The notes beneath the pieces were generated by a model, which was not told the origin of the DNA, made no database searches, and worked only from the letters and a program-made list of their open reading frames with translations. A stretch of DNA of 64,000 bases from Cycas panzhihuaensis. Lineage: Eukaryota; Plantae; Cycadophyta. The stretch lies in assembly GCA_023213395.1 (NCBI GenBank), contig CM041465.1, positions 200,267,741-200,331,740 of the forward strand, given 5' to 3'. Shown one piece after another: positions 13,797 to 28,300 of the stretch; positions within the stretch are counted from its first letter, which is position 1; each line of letters opens with the position of its first letter. Both the position numbers and the translations under genes were made by a program.

Positions 13797-16174
13797 TATA
13801 TGGGCTACCTTGGACCATTATTTATCAAAATCAAACTTAAAAGATGATAAAAGGTGACTAATCCAAAGAGGTAAAGCACCTACACCAACTCTTATAAAGG
13901 AATCTTTAATTACTTGTGTATGTGATTATCAATAGGTGTAAGATGATGTAGAATTATGATTAACAAAGTGCATGTAATAAGATAAATATATACAAATAAA
14001 AAAAATAGTTTTATGTATAAAAATGGAGGGATATATTTTGTTTGTATAACATGACAAACCACATGCATGAAAAAATAAAAATAACTAAGCAATACAAATA
14101 ATGAAGGAGATCTAAATTTAGAAATTTCACTTACAATTATCTTATCTATAATGTCCTCTTACTCTTCCTTCTACTTTTCTAGTATATTTAATAGCATATA
14201 AGAATATAACAATCAAATACTCATGCAATCTTGATGTTCTCATAATAAAAAATTTATAATGTCAAACGTGTAAGATAAAGAATGTTTTTTTCATTTTTTC
14301 TCAATGAAAATAAGTGGAACAAAGAAGGAAATAAGAATTATCAAAGAAATAAGATTATAATAAGAAATAATTTCCTTTCAACTTTTTTTCAATTCCAACT
14401 TTCCAACAATTTCAACTTCGAATAAAAAGAGAAAAATCCTAAAAGGAGAAGATATACATACCTAGAGAAAAAAATATTGAAGTTGATCTAATTCTCTCTT
14501 GTCAAAGATCTCTCTTTTTCATGTAAGGTATGCTTAATTAGAGGAAAGTTTCAAAGCAAATATATCCAAAAGAAGAACCACTTGATAGGATTTTATTGCA
14601 AGCAATATAGGAATTAAGTTAAAATAATTTTGAATGATAACATGGAAGCTAAAAGATATGCATGCCAAAGGAAAATAAAAGGTCAATTAGTATTTACAAC
14701 CATATATTAAGACTTTTCAATGAAGCTACATCAACTAAAGTGACATGCACATACAATTATGATAAAGAAACTCCATTTTTAAAGAAATCCAAAAAATAAG
14801 TTGCATGAATATATGTGTGTGTGTGTGCATAATTTTTTTTTTAAGTGAAAGATCTACAAAATAAAGAAACAAACTAACTTACTTAAGAAATTGATAAAAA
14901 TAGTATAATGTACCTCATCATGGTATCCAAAATTTTCCAACACCCCATCATCTAATCCTTAAAATCATGAGAGTAGAAGGAAGATAATAAAGTATTTAAA
15001 AAAATAAGAGAAATCCACAAGCCAATGTGATAGAACTTGGAAGAAAATGACTCCAACAGGAGAGTGAGTAAAGGGACATAGGAACTGAGGAGGGAATAGT
15101 GTAAATATAGCCCTTTATTCCCCTTAGTAGGTATGACTTAAGTTCATCAGGACTAGTCCTCAATCAAATCTCCAATACTCAAGATAAAAACGCATCCACA
15201 AAATCATAGAGAAAATGGATAAAAGAGAGTACAAAACACTAATAAATCACCAAAATTAAGATCTTTACATTGAGGAGTAATATTACTAGGTTGTGAGAGG
15301 AAGCATGGATGTTGAGAAAGTGCTCTAAAAGTATCTACTATTGTAATAATTTGATGCAATTCATATAAGATTCAAAAAAATAACAAGTTGGAAATTCACT
15401 ATTCTCTTTATATTCACCTTTTCTCTCACATAAAATTGAATAAATGATGAATGTTCAGAGTGTCTTAGGGTATTTAGAGGGAAGAGGTAGTGAGATCTTA
15501 AAGATAGTATCTAAAGAATAGAAGGGAATCGACATTCCTTACCAAAAGAAGTTTATGTGTGTCATAGTAAAAATATGAATTCTTATATAAAACATGATGG
15601 TCATATTTTATAAAGGGCTAAAAGTATGCTTTTATTTGTAAAATATGATCGAGCACATTTTGTAAATAAATTCATATTTTTAGTTATATTAAAAACATGA
15701 TAAATAGAAAAAGATAAAAAAAGAATGAAAAATAAATATATCCTAGATAAATTAGTCTACAAAATATATTTGACTAAAACATCGACTAATATAGCCTAAA
15801 AAAAGAACTCAAGGCAGAAAACTAAGACAAAGAATATGATAAGTGCATGAAATAATTACAAAACCAAGAGTAATAAAACAAACAAGGAGCAAAATATAAG
15901 ATTGCATGACTTAAAATAGGTAAGAAGTATGACATAACACTATAATATTAGTCATTGACACATGTAAATCATCATCATATATAGTACATTATTAAGTCAT
16001 CATATCATCATCAAAGCAAATGCAATCTTAATAAAAACCATGATATAATGAATCAAGTACCAAGCAAGGACTCCATATAGAAAGTAAAGATAATTCATAC
16101 ATATACCAAAGTCTATAAATGATGGCCAATAACACATATCTAAATCCAATGAGAGGCCTAATTTTGGTGAAGCA
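13797..16174 (-). repeat. 3' LTR of element E (~2.4 kb)
   Basis: Bounded by the TSD and ...GGTGAAGCA. Its right ~1.5 kb aligns with 33364-34999. Confidence 0.85.
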
Positions 16175-16463
16175 TTTGACCCTTTGACACTTGAGGCTTC
16201 TATTTTAGTATGGAAGCAGGGTGGTAAAAGTTGGCAACATGGAGTCATAGGTAGGTAAAGGAATCCTTAATATCATGAAGGAAAGACCTCAATGATGGGT
16301 CTATATACAATGGAGAAGTAGGAAACAACCTTAATCAACATGGAATTCTAATAAAATTAAGTGAAAACACTCTTAAACTAAATCTCAAATGCACTGATAG
16401 ACTCAACTAATGATAGCACTAAAATGCCCATTGAATGGATGGGGCTTAAATAAGAGTTGTTCT

Positions 16464-16665
16464 CATAGCTTAGCCTCATTAATAATGCTTTAGAGGAGAG
16501 ATCCCCTATAAGAGCATAATAGGATAAAATATCATAGTTTAGGCTTATTAACATATGCTATTTTGGAGCTTAAGTCTACCATAGTTTAGGCTCGTTAGTA
16601 GATGACCTTTTAGAGTATGATTATCATAGTTTTAGATCTTTAATAGATGAATTCTTAGAGCATAT
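16464..16665. repeat. Degenerate ~45-bp tandem repeat (CATAGTTTAG...TAGAG)
   Basis: Units start at 16464, 16533, 16580 and 16625. Related motifs occur at ~22020-22070 and ~23500-23650. Confidence 0.6.
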
Positions 16666-17339
16666 AAATGAGGAATGAAATCCACAAGAAGATAGATATT
16701 ATAATCTATTAACATGCTTAGAATTGAGGATATTAATCTTAAGAAGGCTATCTCATAGAAATGTAATATACTCCTCTCATAAATAGTGTGAAACACTAAC
16801 AATGAGGATAAAAATAAGGCTTATAGTGAGTAAGATACCCCAACTTAAACTATATTTACATGATAGAGTTGAACTAAATGGAGGAAAAAATTAGGACCTA
16901 GATAAAGGATACCCCTTTATATATAGAAAAGTTATGATTTAGTAGTCATTTTCACCATCAAGAGTTTAGGAAAGGGTCCTATCTAGAGCAAATTTATGAT
17001 TGTGTGGAGTGATAGGTCAACACATTAAGGGTGATATTTGTATGAGGGGATTCACTTTGAGACAATGCATTGAGGAGATTGATATTTGGTGACTCTCCAA
17101 TAGTAAAAAATTATTTTTGGTATGATTTTTATGCTAAGAAAACATGAATTTATAAGTGAAAAATGTGAGAAGACTATTAAAACATGATTTTTCGCTCAAA
17201 ATCTTGATTTTCACAGTTATAGGAATTACAAAATCATGTTTATGAACTAAGAAATAACATTTACGATAAAGAAATTATGTTTTACACTATGAAATCACAT
17301 ATTTGATAGATTTATAACTGGTAAAGAAAAACATTAAAA

Positions 17340-18600
17340 ATTTACACTTAGATAACAAAACTAACTTGCTTAAAATATCTGTGATGTAGCCAATCAAGAG
17401 GATAGAGACCTAGGATAATGAAGGACTAGATATAGTTATTTTTATAGGTGCCCTTTCAGTTGTAGATTAACAAACCTTAAGGTGATAAGATTTTGTCAGA
17501 GTGATCCATTCTATATAGCTAGTGATGGAGTATGATATCCTAGAGGATTTTTCACGTCATTGGATTCTTCCAAATGCTATTTTTAGAGTTAGAGAGATTT
17601 GTGATATTCATATTACTCCTTGGGATATTGGGAGGATTCTTGGAGTTAATTGGTAAGGATGGGAGATTTGATTAAATAGGATAATGGATGAAGAGCCCTA
17701 AGAAGCATGTAGTTAGTACCTCATAGCGTACACCAATTAGTTTGGTCCTCATGGAGTTTTAATGGAGATAATAAGGATGGTAGAGGGCATTCTAGCATTA
17801 AGGAAGGTAATAGCTTATATCATTATTTTTTGGATTGCTAAGACACAAAATTTTATAGGAGTCTTAGCCTAGTGGATAAGGATTATTAGGCTATGTGAGG
17901 TGTAAACTAGGATGAACTAGGGCTAGTTCATCTTAGATAGTATAAGCTTACAACTATCTCGAATCAAGAGATAAGGTCATAATAGATTCTCTTATAGTTC
18001 AATTTTGATATACTAGTTATATGATCATATACCATTGATAAGGCTAGCAAGAGTACTAGGTGAGATTAATATCATGAATCCAAGGATGAATAGATGGAAT
18101 ATGCAATCATAGATCTAGAACAGGATATGTATTATGGCTAAGAGCATCCATAGCCTATTATTGAGTAGGATGATGAGGAACTAATTGGTTCCTGGTCCAT
18201 ATGACAAGATGGAAGTATGGAGTGATGATGAAGTGGATGAGGTTGAGAAGGTGATATTAAGGAGGTCACCTATCATGCCTAGAGTTAGAGGGAGAGGTAG
18301 AGGATGGGGGAATATTACTCATTAATAAGATGATTAAGGAGTAAAAGGAGTAGTTAGTGACGGGGGAGGAACTAGGGATGAGAAGAGAGGTTGCTCTAAA
18401 GATGGGAGGAGCAAAAGGTGGTAGTGATGCTCTTGTATAGAGTATGGGCTTGGGCTCAAGTGAGGTCCAAGGAGTTATAGAAGGTGATGATAGAGGAGGA
18501 GGGAAAAATATTCCCCAATAGCTAGTAGAGGGGGAAGTAGCACAACTAGCAGGGAAGCATCTACACATCCAACAAGTACCTATACTCTCTTATATATAGA
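17340..18600 (-). mobile_element. Internally deleted Copia remnant nested in E
   Basis: Integrase-like LIH*AKTPIKFCVLAIQ...NARMPSTIL (~17770-17890) and a weak RNase H end ITDILSK (~17360-17390). Confidence 0.5.
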
Positions 18601-18689
18601 ATTTTATTTTATTATTATACTTTCATGATAGTTAGCTAATTATAAATCATTAATTTGGTAAATTAGGATATATTAACACTATCCAAGTT

Positions 18690-19210
18690 GAGGAGGGTGT
18701 TAGATATTCTATTTCCTTAAGCATCTTCCTTAGAAGACCCTTCACTGTGGCACGTCAATGATTAGGATCTACTTAGAGATTAAATAGAATACTTTGGTCT
18801 AACTCTATGATTACATGATATCGATTGGGACATATTGATATAACTAAGACTTTGTGAGATAGAGCTATGATTAGTAAAGGATGAGTAACACCACCTTAGG
18901 AGGATATTAGTTCTATAGGCAGGTGGAAAAGTGACTCTATCACGCAGCACAATCATTCAGTAGGGGAGATAATGGCCACCCAAGAGAGAGTCAACTAATG
19001 GTCATTCTTAAGGTTGATATTAGGGAGGAAAATAGGGAGGAGGATAAAGTAGCTCTCACAAGTTTTCATAATAATGAGCATGTTTATATATAGGGAGGGG
19101 ATGAGTGGGAAAGTAGGAGCTCCATAGGCATGGGGACTTTAGAGATCATGTAGTTATGTTGATGTATATATACCCAGTGAGGCTCTATGATCATGACCAT
19201 GTATTTTCAT
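18690..19210 (+). mobile_element. Possible PPT plus LTR start of another retroelement fragment
   Basis: TTGAGGAGGG followed by TGTTAG at 18698. No partner LTR was found. Confidence 0.3.
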
Positions 19211-19223
19211 AATGATGTACTCT

Positions 19224-21799
<2,576 letters not shown>

Positions 21800-22091
21800 A
21801 CTAACTTTCATTTCTAGTTTCAAAGGTTATGAATGTATGAATGAAATATTGATTCTAACCTTATTCCACCCATTCCCCCCTTTATTTCCCTATGTTAAAA
21901 TGTATGATCAAAATACATGTGCTGTATATTATGACTAAAAATAAAAAACCATGATTTTTTTTTTTCACTTGGTTATTTCTACTTTTTTTTTTTTTTTTTT
22001 TTTTATTTAGTATTTATATGATAGTTTATACTTATCTCAGAGTAATAGTTTATACTCGTTCTAGAGTGTTGCCCCCAACATAAAATACGAA

Positions 22092-22495
22092 CTACCCAAT
22101 ATAGTTGCTCAAAATATGAGAGAACAAGGAATCAACTTTGATATTATAGGCATATGGAATATGTTGAATGGTAACTGAAGAAAAGAAAGACATCAATAGT
22201 GAGGCCTAATGATGAAGAGCAAAAAGCTATAGAGAGCAAGTATGGTATATACTAGCCAACTGATAAACTACAACTTGAGAGTTAGAATAAAGAATAATGG
22301 GACTATGGTATACATATCACACATTAATTAAATATCCTATAATGGTAATATATTCAACTTCATTATTGGTTAACCTAGGTAAGAATAAACCAACAAAAGT
22401 AAATAGATTCCCTGATTAATCATAGATCACCCATGTAGTAATAGATGGTCCTAGGTTACCTCTACTACCTCCATCAGTATATATACTAAATTCCA
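22092..22495 (-). pseudogene. Archaeal-type RNase HI (aRH) domain of Tat-like element E
   Basis: Hand translation: FSIYTDGGSRGNLGPSITTWVIYD*SGNLFTFVGLFLPRLTNNEVEYITIIGYL...ILYSNSQVVVYQL...(frameshift)TIQHIPYAYNIKVDSL. Confidence 0.88.
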
Positions 22496-25049
22496 TAGGA
22501 AGAATAGGAACCAAAACTTAGAGGCTAAGTGATCAATGAAGGAAAGTGGTAGAAATTAATTAATAAGGAATCAAAGGTAATAAGGAAAATATAGTTTTAA
22601 TTGTAAATAGAGAAAGGTGAGATCATGACTAAGCAAATAATAAAGACAAGAGAGATGCTAAATAGGTTTTGATCATAACTAAGGCCATGGTGGACCCACA
22701 TAATTGGATCCAAAGGTCCTAATTGATACACCTAAATAAACCTAACCTATAGTGAATATAGGTAGAGACGAAGCCATCATGGGACTTACCCTGAATAACA
22801 AGAGAGTGATATAGATGAACGAGTAACTTTCAAACTTTTATTTTTTAATGATTTTTTTTAATCTTTCCTTTCCTTTTTTTTAAATTCTATATTAACTTTT
22901 TAATATTTACAACTGAATAACTCAATAACTCACCTAGTCATAAAATGCCTTTTCTTAGAATAATAAAGACTATCCCTTTTTAACAAAATTAAAGTAATGA
23001 AAGGTATCAACCAAAATCTTTGAAGATTGAACTGTAAGGAGGAAAAGGAACTCTAAATCATAATGTCTTTGAGTACAATGGAGAAGGTAATATAATGAGT
23101 AATAACCTTGAGAGTGTAGTAAGGAAAACCAAGAATCATATATAAATATATAAATATATATAAGTGGTATACAAATAAACTTGAACCTCTATACTAAAAG
23201 GTAAATGTGAAGAACAAGCTAAGTAGCTCACATACTAACTAAAGTCAATGACTTAAGTTCCCTATTCAGTTACAACTTCTAAGGATAGAATTAGGGGTCT
23301 AACTTATCTTTTGAGATTGGAGCTCAAAAGAGAAGCCTAAGAAAATAAGAGAACACCTAAGATAGAGGTGTTAACCTAATGACCAATGCCTATGCCTATG
23401 GAATGGGTAGTAGGCTTACATGTCCATTAGGAGCAAGTCATGTATAAGGAAACTTTGAAGAACATGATTGATAATAGAGGTAATAAAGAAGGAGATTATC
23501 CTTGGTTTTATCTCATTAGATAATAATGCTTTTAGAGTCATAGTTTACCCTCATTGTGGATAAGGATTGTTCATCTGAGAGGACAAAGGGAGTCTACTAT
23601 ACTCTTTACTAGATAAATTTCTTAGAGTCATAGTTTATACTTGTTGCAGAGTTAAGTATTAGTTAGACTTATGGTGGGAAAAAGGTCATCCAGATGAATA
23701 AGAACTCTATCTTGATTAGTAAAATCTTCAACAAGGATGGATACCTCAAATCTTGTCATATGAGTAAGAAACTGGTTATCAAAGTATAAAGGAAAGAATA
23801 GTTGAGGTAAACACCTTGAAATGGTAGAAGGTAACACAATGTGATGCAATGGCCCAACACTATCATCATCCTAAGTGAAACCAAAAGGTGACTTACTAAA
23901 GGAATCCTTAGACTGACCATTCTTCTTAGGAGGAGATTCCAATAAAGTTTTTAACTTATAAGTTGGTTGTGAACTTATAAGAGAAGTTCTTTCTAATGAC
24001 ATTAGGTTCCTTGCTTGAAATAGAAAATGAACTAACTTAATGAAGATGAAGCACTTAAGGCTAAAAAGGATATTAATCTTTTAGAAAATAGGAGAGATAG
24101 ACTAATTCAAAAGGGTTCTAATCTTATAAGCATGTTGTAGAAAATGTTTATGACCCAAGGGTGGGCTATACAAAATTAACTTATGATAATGATTGGGGTG
24201 AATTAAAGTAACATCTAATGAAAGTTTTAGTGGGCATATGATAGAAGGTAAGGTAAATACTCATTAAATCATATTTAGTTCTTATTGCAGAATAAGTGAA
24301 ATAAGCATGGATATAATAGGTGTGCCAAATCTAACCAAGATGAGGGAAAGACCCTATGAATCTAATTTATTCACTAAGCATACATATGGGGTAGATGGAT
24401 CAATAATAGAAATTAACAAATTAATCTCATCATATTGGGGTTGAATCTCTTCCTCAAATGACTTCGGTATAGTACTTTCTAAAGGATAACTCTCTTAATC
24501 TAGTAAGTTAAGGTCATTAAAGTAAGACCATTGAGGTGTTTACAAGTTAGAACTAGTAGAAAACTCAATAAGGATGTGAAGAACCTCATCAAAGTAAGTA
24601 TCAAGATCATGCTCATAAGAAAGCTCATCAAGCTAGCTCAAGGAGTCATAGAAAGACTTAATAGGTAGCTTTGCATTAGGGATGAAAGATAAGTCAATAA
24701 GAGGTCCTAAGACCTTATCACTATCAAAGGAATAGGAGCCCTCATGCTTAGGATGAGAGTTTGTTTTGGGGATAGACCAATCCAAAAAGGACTCACCAAC
24801 TGACTCAGGGAGAGATATAGAAGAATGTATAATGTCATTGATAGGGAAGCTACCAATGAGATTGGTCATAATCGATGGTCCTTCATCCTTCTATAATGTT
24901 AAGGGAGTGGTGGAGGACATCGATTGGGCAACTACCTCTACTAAACATGAACTATATTCATATTCTTTTGATGGAATTAAGCTTGATTATATGACAATGT
25001 TAATCATTTTAGGATTAGTATTTGGAGGCTCTACCTGGTGAGAAATTAG

Positions 25050-25380
25050 TAAAGGAAAAATTATACATTGATGGATTTATTATATAATAGATCTATAGAT
25101 TTGGTTAAGTCCTTAGAAATCTAAGTTTGACATGTTGCATTAAGTTCCATGTAATATTTCTCAAAAGCTTTTATAGATTTATTATCCTTTTACCTTGTCA
25201 CAAAAAAGGCTTTTTCTTCCAACAAAAAAGGACAAGTGATGTCAAAGTTACTTATAAAGACATCCATCAATTTCTAAAATAAGATGATTGAATTATAGGG
25301 TAATTAGTGAAACCACCTAAGTGCACTACCTCATAATGTCCGCAAGAAAAGCCTCATCAATGAAAGGTCATTAGGACTGC
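25050..25380 (-). pseudogene. Retrotransposon gag fragment of element E
   Basis: LMRLFLRTL*GSALRWFH*LPYNSIILF*KLMDVFISNF, a typical Retrotrans_gag motif. Confidence 0.8.
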
Positions 25381-28300
25381 CTATAGACATAGTATGATAG
25401 GCTCATGGATTAGATGGCAGTTATGTCCTCCCCCACACATACAACAATACCTTCCCACTGGCATTCGCAAGATGAGAGCCATGAGCCATGTGCGTGATGA
25501 GGGGAGTGAGGCTAGGACCTTGTGATAACCTAGGAGAAGCATTAGAGGAGCATGGTTCTGATACTCAAGAGTAAGGTGGCCAGAGGATGACACCCCATGA
25601 TCACATCTAGACTGCCACATGGGACTTTATGTATGATTTATTTATGATTAGAGGAAAGCTTTAGACCTCTAGGGGGTTCCATATCATGCATGAGGATGAT
25701 TGTACACCCCTTATAAGGATTTTAGCTTCCTATAGTACATTGTGCTGACACATTTTTATACTATCATTTTATATAGAGAGAGATAGAGAAACAAATTGGT
25801 GCCTCTATTTTTTGACATGGGTTATACATTTATTTGAGTACTATGGATACATAGATACACAAGTGTATGATATGGATACATGGATATATATAGAGGCTTG
25901 ATTGTATTGTTTACTTTTGTCTATAGCTTAGGTTACACAATAAGCACACACGATTACCTGGTTGATTCAGTAATCTCATGTGGTGCTCAAGTAGGAGGAT
26001 TACATACTCCTTAAAGGTGAGGGTAGCAATCTAAGTAGATAGAGGATTGAATGGGTATAGATACCTTAAGAGTCCTAGAAGAAAATATAGGTTCTATTAA
26101 TGATTACCCTCTCTACATGGCATCTTATGCTCGTAGATGGGTAAAGTTACCTCCCATGGGGCTCAATCTGGCTCATGGCCATGGATCAATAAAAATATCA
26201 AACATAGGCATGGGAATGCTTTCCTCCGAGGGTACATCCACCAATACTCATGAATTAAAGAAGAGCACGAAGTATGACACCTTTAGAAAGGGACATAGTT
26301 ATCCTCTACAATAAGTGGTGGCATCACACGAGCTAAAAACATGCCATGCCCCTAGTGAAGGCATTCAACATTGTAATTAAATGGTAGTTTAGGCTTATTT
26401 AAGAGAAATCATGAAAGGTAGGCCTGACATAGTTAGGCCCATAAGTAAGAAGAGTTTGGTCAAAACTAAATTGACACAAAGGGTCTAACACACTACATAC
26501 TATATGGTGAGGTTACATATGGGGACAACATGTTGTACTCCTAGATAAAGGTTTAGAGGATGAGGGTGAGGCACTCTTGCCAGTGGAACATTAGCATGTA
26601 TACCTATGAGAAGATATTTTCACAAAGCAAGAAGATGAGGGAGTGGTTAGTTCATAGCTAGCAACTCAGGAGATGTGCAAGAGTCATCATGAGAGGGAAG
26701 GTCCATGTGGGACACCTTCCTAGGCATGTAGGAAATTAGAGTGACATATCTGGGAGGATGCTCATGGTCCTTAACATCTGACTGTAGGTCACTCATGATA
26801 TCTAGGTAGCCATAACTACCTATACCAATAGGCATGAACCTAACTACATTAGGTTTAGGATGAGTTAAGGGGTTATCCTAATGAAGGTTTCCCCCTTGAA
26901 AAAAACTCATTGAGGAAGGGAGAGGCTCATTAGGGTCACTATCTTTGGCATTAAAGACTGCCTGATAAGTAGGAAGAGATATGCAAGAGGGTAAACTCTT
27001 GTGAGGGACAACCTTAATTTACCCTTTATGGACAAAATTAAGTTACCTCCAACATGAGTGATTAATCCATGGTTGACCCAACAAGAGGTTGTACTTGACG
27101 TGGATATTGAGTACAATAATATCTTTAAGGATAATCTTCCCTTTTAATATGAGGGAAAGAATAACCATCCCCAAGGGGTCCTTCTCGCTCCCATCATATC
27201 CTTAGCATTTCTAAGGAATAGGCTTGAGAGCCTCTATGCCTGACTTCTCTATCATCCACATATGCATATCATTAACTGAGTAACTATTCCCTATGATGGT
27301 TCTCTTAATAATAAAATTAAGAGCATCAATGGTAATGATGAATGGGTAGTGCCAAAATCATTCCCATTCGCTAGGAGATGGAAGATCTCATGGGTTAAAT
27401 GAGATGATAAGCATTCCATGGCAAGCGGTACCTATAATGTGGATGGGGGCATCTTGTTGACTAAGAGCTTTAAGAAGAAGAGTGTGTTGCTTAGGGCAAC
27501 TCTGTAAGATATCCATCATTGATATTCTTGTAGACACTGAGTGCAACTCTTTAAAGATAGAGAAGGCCTTCCCTTTTGCTATGGGTTGGGGAAGGGTCCT
27601 CCTGAAATCATAGTGCCCATGGTGCACCATAATGGTCTTTGGGACTAGAGGGATCTCTGTTATAGGAGGATCTGCAAAGGGTTGTTGTTAGGAGGAGGAG
27701 GCTTGGGTAGCTTCCTTAGTGGCTTACGACAGCGTGATCGGGTGCACAGGGTGGTCTCAAGCATTTAAATCACTTTCTTCCCCTTGTTATTAGGTTAAGA
27801 GGATGAGGAGTAACAAGTCCAAGGGCTTAGTGAAGAAGACAGATCTCTTGTGCCCTTCCCCTTCACTTGGTTAGAAGGAGGGTTAAGTGATCATCCCATG
27901 TTCCTTACCCTCTTATTCTGGGTGGGTTGATTTTGTTCCCTATGGTTTGGGAAAGGATCCATATAAATAAGTTGATCTAGATTGGGCTTAGAAGCCCTCT
28001 TGAGAGAATCATCATAATGTGATGTGATCTCGAGATATTGTAACGAACATTATGAGTCCTCATGGAGGCACTCCCCATGCATAAAGCACCATTTCCTTTT
28101 AGAAGGAGGTTTTGCCTTCCTTCCTTGAGAGGTTTGGGTATTCCCACCCTTAGGTGGTATGGTGTGGGAGGTTTGATGTATAGGTCATTGTGACTTTAAA
28201 TAGGATTGAGCTAATTAGAGTTTTAATTTGTTGATCATATGTTTGAAGGAATATATAACTAAAGTAAGGGTATCCACAATCCTATCAGTTATGCTAGTAG

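Noticed and set aside
14910-15370. Duplicated host-gene exon (splice-donor-like GTACCT, hydrophobic translation)
   Set aside because: No frame is consistently open or recognisable, and the duplication is explained as the LTR pair of E by the GAAAT TSD.
16464-16665. CRISPR-like repeat array
   Set aside because: The repeats are degenerate with irregular spacing and no distinct spacers. There are no cas genes, and the context is eukaryotic TE.
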